64,000 nt of DNA, taken from contig OZ316897.1 of NCBI GenBank assembly GCA_973895155.1, forward strand, positions 17,156,058 through 17,220,057, given 5' to 3'. The notes below the pieces were generated by a model. The model was not told where the DNA came from, made no database searches, and saw nothing but the letters and a program-made list of their open reading frames with translations. Source of the DNA: Marsupella aquatica (lineage: Eukaryota; Plantae; Marchantiophyta). Below, one piece after another: positions 51,488 to 64,000 of this stretch. Position 1 is the first letter of the stretch. Each line of letters opens with the position of its first letter. A program made the translations under genes and the position numbers.

Positions 51488-52030
51488 GCTCGATTAGCTC
51501 AGATCAGTTGGCCAGGGGATGAGCCTAGAACCGAGAGGTCCCAGGTTCAATCCCCCCTCCACATGCAAGGGGTTGTGGCAGAGTGTGTGGGTGGGTGGGG
51601 TGTTCTGGTGGGAGTACTCGTTTCTTCTCAGCCCTAGCCCCTTTGGGCTCTGGTACGGTCCAACCCTCTCTCCTTCCAGGTCCTGGGTATGACACCCCTT
51701 GTGGGCTACCCTACATAATTGCATGCTCTGAAGTTGATAGTCTATCCTCTGTTGGATGGGTATGACCCCCCTTGTGGGCTACCCTATTGAGTTGCATGCT
51801 CCGAAGTTGATAGTCTATCCTCTTGCATGCTCCGAAGTTGATAAGACATCCTCTGTTGGATGGGTCAGCTTTCGGGTTTTCAAGGAAAAAATAAAATCTA
51901 TCCTCCTTTGGATGGGTCAGCTGCTGGGTTTTCATGGGAAAAAAAAAAGTTTATAGTCTGTGGGATGGGTTGGAAAAAGAAAAAAAGTTTATCCTCTGTG
52001 GGATGGGTCCACTTTCGGGTTTTCAAGGCA
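51488..52030 (+). mobile_element. tRNA-derived SINE-like head followed by a repetitive tail
   Basis: A-box-like TAGCTCAG..TTGG and B-box GGTTCAATCCC at ~51496-51554. Repeated TCTATCCTCTGTTGGATGGGT and TTGCATGCTC(T/C)GAAGTTGATA blocks at 51690-52030 may belong to a separate element. Confidence 0.45.
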
Positions 52031-52564
52031 ACAATAATGATTTCATGAGGCCAAATTTTAGCTACAGGTCGAACAGAAACTTTTTCACGAGCGACCAAAT
52101 CTTGGAAATTACGGTTTGCACTGCAAGACAATGAAAACTCCACTGGGTTCACACGAATCGACCATTTAAGTCCAACCATCAGAGAAAAATGCACCATACG
52201 ATTTGACATCAAACTCGGAAAAGAACGAAAGTCGAGAGACGAGGTGCATCACGTTCGTCCTGGCTCCGAATGATATTTGATTGTTGAGAATGAGGTAAAG
52301 TAAACCCTTTGCTATTGATCATTGTTACCTCTATATACCAAGCAGTAACGCTGCCAGGTGAATATCCTAATCTAGAATCCGACAGAAATCTTTCGATCAC
52401 CCATCTTTCAATTGGTTAAACATTGTCCTGTACAACCTCAGAACGGTCTATGTACATTTGCATACCCATGATACAGGTATTGGGTCAAGGATTCCCTAGA
52501 GGGAGAACTAAGTGCGAACCGCCAGTAAATCATATCACTAATTTGGGCTCCTTGGTACCCCTAT

Positions 52565-52815
52565 GAGATTTCCTTGTGCACTACAGAATGCTCCTTACCT
52601 TTTCGGAATAGATTCCCGTGTGCACTATAGAATGTAGCTTGAAGAATTCTCCAGCAGAGCTCCTCAATCCAACATTGAAAGAAAGGTTCTCCAAGTGGCT
52701 CCGAAAACCTCCCAAGTCGGCATCCTTTGGAACATTCTGTAGTGCACAAGGGAATCGTGTAACCTCAGGATCGTTTGGAACATTCGATGGTGCACGAGGG
52801 AATCCTGTAACCTTT
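52565..52815. repeat. Short direct and inverted repeats (MITE-like)
   Basis: CCTTGTGCACTACAGAATG (~52572), a variant at ~52616, and inverted copies CATTCTGTAGTGCACAAGGGAATC (~52733) and at ~52782. Confidence 0.5.
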
Positions 52816-53117
52816 GGACTCTACCTGGTGCTCCATATAGTATGGTGGTTTCCAAGTCCTTCTAGAGGATGGAATTTAGAGTAGGGCATCACATACTTAC
52901 CAGCCTTCGTGATTGGCAGCACTCCTGCTCCATGGTGAAAAATGTTTCAGCTTGGGGGCCATGTAAGTCGGGGCTGAAGTCTGTAGACCCAAGAACAAAG
53001 ATAAGATCTACGATCGATGAGAACTCCTCAATGCTGCTGCACTAGAAGACCAAGGGCATCTTGCAAGTGGAGCTGTGTGCTTTCCTAAGCCTCTGATTCT
53101 TCTATATGCAAGCTCCG

Positions 53118-54359
53118 TCAGTACAATCTTAGCCGAGTAGAAATCTTCTGCCGACAGAGTGGGCAACTTTGTAAGCCCTTCGCACAATTGCGACAGGTCT
53201 GATGCCCACAATTGAAAGCCATATCTTTCCTCTCAGTCAGGCAGACAGGGCAAAGGTAATCATTGCCGGCATCTACACTCGCAGTAGCCTCTTGACTTGA
53301 TGGTGGGTTTTGAGGGGCCCTGCCTCCAATCCCATTCTTAGGGCCCCGCATAGCAATTTTTTCTAGAGGCGGATATTGGAAGCCTTGATTGCTTGCAACA
53401 CTACTGGACTGGGCATAGCTGGAATACATGTGACCTGGTTCACGGTGATCTACCTGCCATACTGCTGGAGGTGGACGAAGAACATTTGTGTTTGGCAATC
53501 GTCCAGTTCTTCGGCCTAATAGTTCGAGCTCGATGGTAGCTTTGTACTGTTGAGGAATTTCCATCAGCGCTGCAAGTGCAAACAGGGCTTCCCTCTTGCC
53601 GACATCCAGATTTTTGGCCATAATCTCTGTGAAGTTGACGAACTGGAAATTGTCAAACGACCTGAACGGAATGTTGTCGTCAAACTGTTGCATCGTTTCC
53701 CAAGGACCGTCCCCAACGCCAACCAATACGATCGAAAGTGGATACTCACTAGCTGCGACAATTGCATCGATGGTTGCTTTCTCCTGAAGACTTGTCACCT
53801 GCCCGTCTGCGACGATGACCAGCACATGATATTGCCCCCCGCTCTCTTCGGCGGTCTTCATTGCTGCCTCGATGATTGGAGCAAAAGAGGTAGGACCAGA
53901 AAGCTTCAAGTTAGGCACAATTTCCCGGTACCGAATTAGTGCGTCGTCAAATCCATTGCACGGGTGATGATCTTCATAGAAACTAAAGACGTTGTGGTCG
54001 TGCGTTGAAGCGTCTCCAAAGCCAAAGCACGGGATCAAATTGTCCTCATCGAAGGATGCAAGTGTTCTTCCGATGATCGAAATGGCTTGCTCGTACGGAT
54101 TCCGATACGCTCCAATATTGTGCAAACATTGATTATTGAACGAAAACTTGCCCGTCCACTCGTTGCTTTTCGTGAAATCGATGCCGACAATGAGGTTCGA
54201 CGACTCGAGACCAGCTTGTCTCAGCGCATTCGTAACCTGATCCAAGCTATGATAATCGTCCGCAATGTGCGAGAATTTCTTGGAGACTTTTCTAGGAAGG
54301 GGACGGGAGGAAGCCCTTGGAGGTGGTGCTCTTCTGGTGCTAGACTGGCTGCCGCCCAT
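53118..54359 (-). CDS. RGLG: RGLG-family E3 ubiquitin ligase (copine/vWA domain plus C-terminal RING), intronless, 413 aa
   Basis: Myristoylation-type start MGGSQS; GLESSNLIVGIDFTKSNEWTG, NPYEQAISIIG, GPTSFAP, YHVLVIVADGQV, GVGDGPW, FDNFQFV, ALMEIPQQYKA; C3HC4 RING CPVCL...CGHQTCRNC...CPLC. Single uninterrupted ORF. Confidence 0.95.
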   Translation of the reverse strand: MGGSQSSTRRAPPPRASSRPLPRKVSKKFSHIADDYHSLDQVTNALRQAGLESSNLIVGIDFTKSNEWTGKFSFNNQCLHNIGAYRNPYEQAISIIGRTLASFDEDNLIPCFGFGDASTHDHNVFSFYEDHHPCNGFDDALIRYREIVPNLKLSGPTSFAPIIEAAMKTAEESGGQYHVLVIVADGQVTSLQEKATIDAIVAASEYPLSIVLVGVGDGPWETMQQFDDNIPFRSFDNFQFVNFTEIMAKNLDVGKREALFALAALMEIPQQYKATIELELLGRRTGRLPNTNVLRPPPAVWQVDHREPGHMYSSYAQSSSVASNQGFQYPPLEKIAMRGPKNGIGGRAPQNPPSSQEATASVDAGNDYLCPVCLTERKDMAFNCGHQTCRNCAKGLQSCPLCRQKISTRLRLY

Positions 54360-55027
54360 AGCTACAAGCTCTTACAAATCCTCGACAATGACAAAAATAC
54401 CTCAAGGCTCGGAGAATTTTTCCTGTCGAATCAGGAAGGACACGTTTTTTAATCTCGGTGCGCTTAAAAGTCAGCAACAGTGACTTCCGACTTTTTCCGA
54501 GTCGCAAATGGGACCAGAGTCCTTCTCACGGCAAAGATATCTCTATCTTATAGCAATCAGCCGGACTATAGGTAGCTATCGATCCATGCCTCCACCGGCA
54601 ACCGCAGCCCCTCTGCTAGTAATATGAACGTGCAGCTCAAGCCAGTCAATTCAGGCTCCCCCTAAAGTTCACGCGTTCAACACGGATCACAGCAGCTCTA
54701 CCTCGTCGTCGTGATTTCGCTTTAGTCAGTTTTTGCGTCCAATTCGCTTATCTCGAAGTCCTTTAGAAATTCCAAAGATCTTGATGTTCAGGTTAAACAG
54801 TCAATGTTGGTTTGTAGTGTAACGCGCCAACGACAGCATGAGCCGCTTGTGCCTTTATCTTCCCCTGACGAAGCGACGTTCTTTGAATAACAAGCAACAG
54901 GGGTTACCGATAAACGAGGCTCGCAATCATCGAATGATGTCACTCTCCCGATCCTGGCACCTGGACTGCCCTTATATACACCTTCGTGGCTGTGTGGTCA
55001 AGTACAGATTTGCGTTAGACATGGGTT

Positions 55028-55113
55028 TGGGAGCTAGTCAGTCACGCACAATCATGGTCCTGAAAATTTTGGGAGCTAGTCAGTCACGCACAATCATGGG
55101 CCTGAAAAATTTT
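55028..55113. repeat. ~42-bp tandem duplication
   Basis: TTGGGAGCTAGTCAGTCACGCACAATCATGG(T/G)CCTGAAAA occurs twice. Confidence 0.85.
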
Positions 55114-57769
55114 GAGTCTAATTATGGAATGCCCTTCCAATCTTCCTAGAAGTTTCCTCGAATTCCCTGGGAAGTTCCCAGAACTGGCTAGGCTCTGTGG
55201 AAGCTTCCGTAGAATGCAGCTGCGTCTCGGAAACTTCCGAGTGCCTAAAGGAACACGTAACTTCAATACAAAGATGTTACAGAGAGCGACCGCATCCAAA
55301 GAAGTTGGTGCGTCTGGTGTTTACGTTTCGTCTTTCGGAGACGTGCGGGAGCTTCTCTGATAGGTTAGGAACATTGCCAAAGGTTTTGTACTCGTCAAGG
55401 ATAAGAAGTAGATGCCGCATGACTAGAGCTCCGATGTGTTGACCTGTCATAAGAAATAACTAGTACATTGCAATAAATCTCACATTTTCAAAATCAATGA
55501 TGCCAATACCTGGAAAAGGAGCAGTGAGTTTTAATCAAACAAACCTGAGTTCGCAAAGGGTTGAAGTTGTAAGCACAGGTTTTTTGAGCGACACCCTTTG
55601 CTGATAAGTAATTTCTCGGTGGCTCACGAAAGCCTAGATAAGGACCGTCCAGCTGAGAATGCTTCAAGTTTCTAGATCATAGGGATCCTTCTTCAAAGTC
55701 CAACTGCGTTCTGCGCAATAAACGCCTCAAGTGCAGATGAAACCGAAGACTGCGGTTTCCACTCACACGTTGAAAATCGCTCTCAACCGTGCCACTCCCG
55801 AATTCGCTGGACCCGTCATAAATTTGCAATGTTGCTTTCTCATGCCTAACTTACAGAAGTTTCTCAGGCCACGAAGTTTTTGAGTGATAGCTCAGTGGTA
55901 GAAGCTGTCGACACTGTCCGTCACGGCAAATGAACGTGAGCAACGTAGCTAATGTAAGCGCGAATAATCTTAATAAGGTGCTCTGGAAAGATCGCACTCA
56001 TGAGCAGTCGAGCTGTTTTTGCACTCAGCTTATGACTGCAGAATCTAGCGGTGCTTCCAAGGAGGGAGTGACTCTTATTTCAAACTGCACGCGTGACTGC
56101 TAGGCCAGAATTCTGCAGAGACCACCAACTGAAATCAGCACGCGACTTCGGTGAAACCCCGTACCAGTTCATTTCCACAGAAGAAGTCGAATGGTCACCA
56201 CATCGGGAACACATATTTCAGTCAACAAACAAGATACAGAAAATGCAAATTGCCTAAACCTGCATTCCAATTTCAATTGACATTGTAAGTGAATTGCTCT
56301 CATCCAGACGAAGCAGACGAGATAATCTGTAGACCACGGTATGCACAATGGTGCGAATGTAAACTAGCAGTCATTGGCAGCGGAACTTGTTTTGCAGTTG
56401 GACAATGGTCAATAGGAACATTGAGACTCTGCGCACATGACCAACCCGGGGTTCTAAAATGTGTACAAATCACCCGTTTTGCGCATTTTGCGATTGGTAC
56501 ATGGAGAGAGAACAGAGGACATATGTCAAGACCATGAGAGTGCACTTGGTTGCAGGGTCAGTTTGCACTCACCGTAGGAGGCGGAAGCAGGATGGAGCGT
56601 TACAGAAAAGCTCCCTTGAAGATGCGAGTCACCAAGATCTCTTAAGTAAACACATGGCAGGCATGCTCGCGTGTACAGCAAGGGCACCAAATCCGACATG
56701 AACTCCACGGGATCGAACTTCGGCACGCGCTTCCGCAATGAGTTGCATTCTCGTGACCTCTCCCCGACCTTTATGGCAGCGACAGTATTGCACGGCATCT
56801 GCGAATCCTTTGGGCCGTTTGAAATTACCGCCCCAAGTATGGTAATCTCAATCGTTATGGTCTAAGCAGCAACGTCCGTGTAACGTTGAAGTTGGAAATG
56901 AGTGTGGCCTTTAGATCGTTGAGCAGCCACGGCACAGTAGTGGTTGAATTCGTGCCTTTGTGGTCTGCGAGGCCCACTGGATGTTTCCATTCAATTTCCA
57001 TAAATTTGAAATTTCCCTTCATACCGTTGCATACTTTCCCAGCCACGAACATAATACATTCGTTGGAAAATCTTTGCCGAGAACTTCAACCGTGACAGAC
57101 TATCGTCGATGTGATGAATAACCCGATTTGACAGAGTATCTTCACTACACGGAATTCAAACGCTACATTGCAATCACGTAGTCGTGGGACAGAGCTTTAA
57201 AATCTAAAACTCGAAAGGAGAGTAGAGGAGGAATAAGTTGTCACCGATGCAAGTGCCGCGAAAGCTTAAAAGGCTGCTGGGGAATCGATTCCAGTACGAA
57301 AACGTAGAGCCATTCATTTTCTTTGCGTACACAGATGGATAAGAACGTGGTCGAGGACATATTGACCATTTCGCGAGGCATCGAGCTTCTCGGCACTTTC
57401 CTCCACTTCAAAATAATTTTTTTCTGGAGACATGGATTGAATTCTACAGCGGAGACCTTCGTCAGGAGCAATTTGTGGGGCCGGCCAGGCTGAGCACATC
57501 GGAGAGAGGATTGGAAGTCTGGGGCTTTCGAAGAATGTGCGTTCACCGAGCTTCAGAATTGGCTATGGAGTCCATGAAGAGTGAGTGACACCGGAAGTTT
57601 CCCTTCCCAACTTTCTCTTCCTGTATCAATCCAGTCAAACTCTTCGTAAGTGCACACTGCCGCAAAGAAGCCAGGGCCTTGCACTTACATGTTGCTGCCG
57701 CTACCTGATAAGTGCACATATTCAGACTTTTGACTTCTAGATAATAAGCTTAGGACAGACCCTTTGAAT

Positions 57770-58122
57770 ACTAGCCTAACCTTGTGACCAGAAAGTCAAA
57801 AGACATTTCCCGCTTTTGAGCTCGATTATTAGCTCGTAACCTTGTGACCAGAAAGTCAAAAAAAGCTTCCCGCTTTGAGCTTGATTACTAGCTTGTAACC
57901 TTGTGACCAGAAAGTCAGAAAAAGTTTCCCGCTTTTGAGCTCGATCACTAGCTCGTAACCTTGTGACCAGAAAGTCAGAAAAAGATTCCTGTTTTTGAGC
58001 TCGATTACTACCTCGTAACCTTGTGACCAGAAATTCAGAAAAAGTTTCCCGCCTTTGAGCTCGATTACTAACTAGTAACCTTGTGACCAGAAAGTCAGAA
58101 AAAGTTTCCAGCTTTAGAGCTT
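57770..58122. repeat. 60-bp minisatellite, ~6 copies
   Basis: Unit approximately TAGCTCGTAACCTTGTGACCAGAAAGTCAGAAAAAGTTTCCCGCTTTTGAGCTCGATTAC, in register every 59-60 bp. Confidence 0.95.
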
Positions 58123-58769
58123 TCGCTTTCTGGGAGCAGGGTTCAGGCTAGAACCCCTGCCCAGGCCTCCTTTCTAGTGCATAAATATTGTTGGGAAAAG
58201 ATCACATCTGGGCAATAGATTATAGGAATAGCAGGCACATCGGAAACCGTTAGGTAAGGTGAGCCTGCATTCAATATGGAAATTAAGTAATATGAGGATT
58301 CTTTTGGGAAGAAGCGAGGGCCTTGCACTTGCGTGTGTTTTGCACTACACACTAAGTGCACATGTTCAGACATTGCACTTCTAGAGAAGACATGATGATT
58401 CGTCTTGTTGATATAGTGCCTTGACTAAACCCATGTCCTAAATTCTGTCACCTGTCGTATGATTGGAACATTAACTCTACCCAACAATAATATGCACCTT
58501 ATCCATGTGAGTTCCACACAGGATTTTGTGCTTTTTACCATTCTTTGGTTTTGCACTTACATATTGTGATTTAGTGGAAAACTCTTTGAACTTGGAAAAC
58601 ATTGAAGAACCTGACACCTTCCAATTAGGCAGGGCTTGCACTTAAGGTGTGTGCACTTAGGACAAGCTGACTGTATCAATTTCCTCACACCCCTGGAAGG
58701 TGATGCACATGCAGGAGCAGCAACAAGAAGAGATACAATACTTTGAAGCAGCCATGAAAAGTGACATAA

Positions 58770-59130
58770 GTGAGTGAGATAGTTTGAATAACAGTACCAT
58801 TCAAGGCGCAGTTGTGACCTAGATGAGTGAATTGTTTGAATAACAGTCCCATTGAGGTCTGGATACAAAGTAGCCTAACTGAGTGAGAAAGTTTGAAAGT
58901 TAGTCCAAGTCATGACAGCACTCTTAAGAAGTGTTTTAGATGAGTGAGGAGGTAGTTTGAATGAGAGTCCCATTCGGGACAGCAGTCCGAAAAATAATCT
59001 ACAAGAGTTAGAGATATGAATGAGAGGCTCATTCAAGACACCTGTAGTAACAAGTGACCTGAATGAGATAGTTTGCATGAGAGTCCCATTTAGGACAGCA
59101 GTCATAAAAAGTGACCTAGATGAGTGAGAT
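58770..59130. repeat. Degenerate ~55-60-bp tandem repeat
   Basis: Recurring GATGAGTGAGATAGTTTGAATxAxAGTCCCATT and GTGACCTAGA motifs, about 6 copies. Confidence 0.6.
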
Positions 59131-60639
59131 CCCCCAGATCGACACCAGGTGGGGGCCCCATTCTAGATGCCTGGCTGAATTCTACGTATGGAAAAATAAA
59201 TTCTGATCTAAAAAAAGTTGATGCTGGGATGGACCACCAGTTTGTTTTTACCTTTGAGAAGGTCAAGAAGAAGCCCAGCCCAGTGCAAGTACTGCAGCCG
59301 GGATGCCACCTTGGGTTAGGGAAAACTCTCTTGGTTTATTGAAGGAAGGACAAAGAACAATAGCAACGTACCTTGAGGGTTAAACTATAGAGCTGAGCCC
59401 AGGCCGGACCTGGCCAGGAAGACAAAACGAACCCATAGCCAACACACAACAACCCACAGAAAAAATGAAGAGCACTAGTAGGGGAGTAACCCATGATGGA
59501 CCACCATTGACCTAAGTATTCCAATGGACAAGCACTTTTATGTTTAAAATTGTGAACAGTTATGTAAGAGAAATGTGATATGTAATGTATCTCAGCAAAA
59601 TCCGCCCCAGTAATCATATCTATTCACCCAAAGCCACTGAAATCATCATCATTCTATATATAATGATGTGTAAGAGTGCAAAGGCCCACAAACTTGTTGA
59701 ATCAATGGCCAGATTTCCAACCTGATTTGCTTTGGGGTGAACATAGTAAAATCATGAGGTGAATTTGACATTTCTGAGCTAGTGAGGGCTCTAGACACAC
59801 AAGAATTCCTTCCTTACTTCTGTCCATCTGCAGGGAAAATAAAGGGGTGATAGGGAAATGCCAGACATGACCTAGATAGTAGTGTTACAAGGAAACATTT
59901 TTGAACTGCTTAATTTATGTCAGGTTAATAAGAAGAAGCCTACTTGGAAACTAGAAGATGAAATCTATACATGTGACAAACAATATATATATAGAGAGTT
60001 TCAAAATATACTTAGTATATCATATATTTTGTTTGAGGCTGCTATATGGTGGAACACTCTTTGGTTATCTTGTCCCATTCAATTTGATTGAAATGTATTT
60101 TATGTTAATTTGGCCTAATACATGTTTTAGCCATGTATTATTTAGAATTTAGTCATTTTTGGCAGCCCCTTTAACTTTTTTAATTTCCTTAGTTTTAATA
60201 TGTCCCCTACATTTTTTTAACATTTTGAGGGGCATAGTTTTTATTAGGTTCCCTATATTTTTTAACATTTTGAGGGGCATATCATGAGAAGGTTTGACCT
60301 TTCAACCAAGCAACTAGTACACTATTCATTGATGAGTGCACCTTATATATCATTGGTCATAGAATTTACATTGTTCATGATTTATTGATAAACAGTGTCA
60401 CCTAAATAAAGAGCCCCACATAGAGCAGAAAATTAAAAAAAACAAAGTCAAGTAGTTCACGCTCTTCTCTTTGAATCATAAAACCGCAACTCCCGGTATA
60501 TAAGGACCTCTTGTATTGTACGGCCATTAATGCTTGCAAGGGCGCATAGAAACCCAGGATCGGGGAGGAGGAATGGCTGGAAACTTGAAAGTTCACCGAA
60601 TTTTATACTCAAAACTATTTACTCATTTTCAAAACAAAA

Positions 60640-61110
60640 AATACCCAGTCGTAGATCTCATTAAGATCTTTATTTTGCACCCTAGATCGCCTTATAACAT
60701 GGATGAATAAGATTTCTAGAGGCATTACAAAATGGACGGCAAAGATTGAAAATAAACAAAACCGACGGCTAGGAAGGCTTGGATTTGTTTTATTTTTCAT
60801 TTGAAAAATATTAACTCATTTACAAAACGGACAACACCCATCCATAGATCTCTTTGAGATCTTTCTTTTGAGCCATAGATTGGCCACTATGATGGACGGA
60901 CGAGATTTATGGAGACAAGAAATGCAGATGGCTCAGATCGACCCTTCCCCCTGAAATTCAAATTTCAAATTTGGCCAATCAGATTGCCCCGTTTGTTTTT
61001 TTGTTATTTCTCGCAAAATATCCAACCATTTTGCCTGCTTTTTTTCACAGACGTAGATCTCAACGAGACCTACGATTTGAGCCATAGATCAGATCTGATC
61101 TGATCTGCCT
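60640..61110. repeat. Degenerate ~200-bp-period repeats rich in AGATCT (likely non-autonomous DNA transposon remnant)
   Basis: TAGATCTC...(G/A)AGA(T/C)CT...TTTG...TAGAT blocks at ~60651, ~60845 and ~61054. Confidence 0.35.
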
Positions 61111-63065
61111 GTATTTGCAGTTAAAGTGTTTTGAATCATAAAGTGCTGTACTTACACAGGTACATTAATTAGTGTAATATCTTTCAATGAATGCACATGT
61201 AGTATTGTGTTTTTCTCACTTTTAAAAAGGTGTGCAATTTTTTCATTAACTTTTTTATAATCATTATTTCAATACTTATTTTTCATAAACTAGGGTTAAA
61301 AGTAAAATGTCTCCTCATTTCAATTCTTTCAGATAAGTCAAAATAGGCATGTAGTAGGAACATGCTATATAGAAGGATGAGTTTCACAGGGCAATCAAAG
61401 CTTTGCAACCAGCAAAGGAGGTCCCATGTTTCAATGGTCCATCATGAAAACTTTTCATAATCACATGAAATAATTTGTGACCATTGAGAACTTGTTTTTC
61501 CTAGAGGGTAGATGGTACTTAGGGGCACTTTACAAGACAAGGCGGCAACTGTGTACCACCCCTTTGTTGATTATTAAATCTGAGCAGTTGAAAGCAAATT
61601 GAGTTACTGCATTCCTTATTAGACCATGGAGGCAATTTAGAGCTTCAGGGTTTCCAATCCCATCCTAGTCCTACTTGGAATTGAGTGTTACCTAGCATAC
61701 AAGAGCAAGAGCTTGTGCCAATAGATTATATCATCTCTAAAAGAGGTCCAAACCTTTGTTGGCTGGGCTATGTAGCGAGATCCTATTCACATGAGCTCCC
61801 CGAAACCTCAAACTGTTTTTGGTCTAGTGAGTATATTTGGGCATGTAAAGTGTGCGTTTGAAGAGGTCAAGAGATTTTTGCCAAAACTATTATTGTTTGT
61901 TAAATCTAGGTCAAGTAAATGCAGTCTGTACACTAGAACATAAACCAATACATTATATTTATGATCTACAAAACAAGTGATTTGAATTACATGTGTTTTG
62001 GTTTATGTTCTGGTTGTCCGACTGAAGTAAATTTAACGCGTGATAAAATACTTGCCTCATTGGACTTGTGAAGTGCGGGTGCAAAAGTTGTGGGCATTAT
62101 TCTTTTCACGGATCCAAACTGGAGGCCTGGACTGGGCCCAATTTTATTGAACATAAAGCCCGGATGGACTTGCACGTTGTTAGTGAAGCTCTCATGGATA
62201 AACCAAACCTGCATGGACTGGATCAAAACATAAAAGTGTGCTTGGACATTGCTATTTACATTTCTGTCCATAAAGTACAGTGTCAATAACCAAATCTGCA
62301 CTTCTATCCATAAATTTTCTTTGTCACTAACTCTGTCACCACTTCTATCCTAAAAATATGTCAGTGGCCATAGTATTTTTTTATTGAGAGCTTTGTTGCT
62401 TTCTCCCAATACTCTTCCCCTCCACATAATTACTCTACCTATTTTTAAGATTTTAATAAAAAAGATAACATTTAAAGTACATTTAATTTGGTTCTTATGT
62501 AAAGACCTTATAAAGTTTCATCTATTCAAAGTAGATGAAACTTTGAATAGATTGAGTGCTTCACATTTTATTCATACCGCCTTAAGTAGTTTGCCCAATC
62601 ATAAAACCAAATGAACTTAATTTACTCAAAAATATTTTTTAATATTCAAAAGCCCCGCAAAGGGAGGAAAGCAAAAAACTACTCATGAGCCAAGGTGACA
62701 ATTCCCACCAAGGAGGCCAGGTAACGCCCAAATAAGCTCAATTGTCACATATAGATTACAATTTTTCTACACACTTTCTTGAGATTCTAGGGCATCGATA
62801 CTTTACGGAATGATTATACAATTTCCAGAAATGCTGTTGCAAAATATTTTTTATAGAGCATTGCTTGTTATCGGAAATATAGTCATTTTTCCCTCGGGGG
62901 CCCATATCACGTGTGGAGTTTACAAGTAATAACACCCTAAAACTTAAGAAAATAAAGTTGAATTTTTACTATTTTTCCCCTAACTTTATGGAATATTCTA
63001 TGAATATTCTCACTTTTGATATTAAAAAACTTATAGTTCTTATAATTCTTAAAATTGGATTAAAA

Positions 63066-63435
63066 TGTTAGATATTGCTCTAGTCTTGTGACTCATGAGC
63101 TAACCACAGTTAGTCTAACTCGGGTTAGGACTTAGCTAATGTTAGTGGTAGTGCTGGTGTGCATATAGCCAGGGCTGATGCCAGACCCTGGTGGAACTTA
63201 GGCTCATTGTTACGGAGCTAGTTGAGAGATAGGGAGAGCTTGTGCTGTGGATGCTTGGTATGGCCGGTCGACCTAGAGTGCAGTAAAGCTCTTGTGTGTT
63301 CCCATGGACGTAGCCTCATGTGGAGGTGAACCACGTATCTCTCTGTGTCGATTATTGTGCGTTGGATGGTTCATGGGCTTGCAATTACGAATGTCGTCTA
63401 TGCTTAACATAAAACGCCCCTATATTTCTTCAACA
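63066..63435 (+). mobile_element. Probable solo LTR (Ty1/copia-like)
   Basis: Begins TGTT and ends AACA. It is a GC-richer island within AT-rich flanks and contains CCCATGGACGTAG...GAACCACGTATCTCTCTGTGTC, resembling the motif common in plant copia LTRs. No exact 5-bp TSD. Confidence 0.5.
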
Positions 63436-64000
63436 AAATTGTAAAGTCTTCCACGCATTAGAATTAAAAACCCCTAACTTCTTCGCATGCAATGGGTCGG
63501 AAGAACGGAAATGAGGACCCAAGATTTTTCCATTGTGAAGCTAAAGGAAATTTTAATTTACATGAGCATTGTTGTGGAATCCTATTTTTCAAAGACCATT
63601 GCTCTTGCTGTAAAAAGTGTTTTGACTAATTTTATTGTTATCGAGCTACTTAAGATTTTTCCTTTGGGGAATATTGTTGATGAATCATATTTTTCAGAGA
63701 ACAATGTTCTTGTCATAAAGAGCATCTTTTTTGCTGCAGAGCTATCGAAAATCATGTTATTCATATGACACTACTCTTGTTACAAGGAGTGCTTCAAGTA
63801 CTTTGCCACTAGGGAAGCTACATGAAATGTTAAATGCGCATCTTCATTCTCGAGATATATGCTTGATGGGCCCCTTGGTGAACCTTTCTTACCTGATGGG
63901 CCCCTAGGTAACTTTTTTTTACCAAGTCTCTTAATGACCAGTACACCTGTTCTTGTGTGGTGCCTACACCTGTCCTTGTGTGGTGCCTACTATGTATGGT

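Noticed and set aside
51488-51565. Functional tRNA gene
   Set aside because: A/B boxes are present but I could not build a proper acceptor and anticodon stem; a SINE head explains it better.
53550-54483. Plus-strand ORFs overlapping RGLG
   Set aside because: Antisense shadows of the real minus-strand CDS.
57770-58122. CRISPR-like array
   Set aside because: The whole 60-bp unit repeats, with no unique spacers and no cas genes; the context is eukaryotic.

Overview
Eukaryotic nuclear DNA, most likely from a non-seed land plant (bryophyte-like; this is inferred from the gene families and GT-AG introns). Host genes I could reconstruct exon by exon: a 3-exon LRR receptor-like kinase of subfamily XI with RGI/RGFR-type RxGG and RxR motifs (16091-20173 +), a SNAP25/SNAP33-type Qbc-SNARE (24841-26129 -), a secreted barwin/PR-4 protein (39283-40691 -), proteasome alpha-type-6/PAA (46844-49285 -, 9 exons, 246 aa) and an intronless RGLG copine-RING E3 ligase (53118-54359 -). 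The last exon of a CxxCxGxG zinc-finger gene lies at the left edge. The standout is a 9.54-kb Mutator-like (MULE) transposon at 28369-37908 with 292-bp TIRs and a perfect 8-bp TSD (GAAAATAT). It carries three genes. (1) A spliced DDE/SWIM transposase resembling the domesticated land-plant SWIM proteins of the At4g13970/At1g60560 type. (2) On the opposite strand, an RPA70-C-like OB-fold/zinc-ribbon ORF. (3) Also on the opposite strand, a 5-exon ~586-aa protein beginning MARTKKQ (histone H3-tail-like) with a C2H2 zinc finger. This is a candidate undescribed transposon accessory or anti-silencing system. The rest is MITEs, a foldback element, SINE-like heads, a probable solo LTR, tandem repeats and decayed retroelement debris. 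All homology calls are by eye or from memory and need database confirmation.
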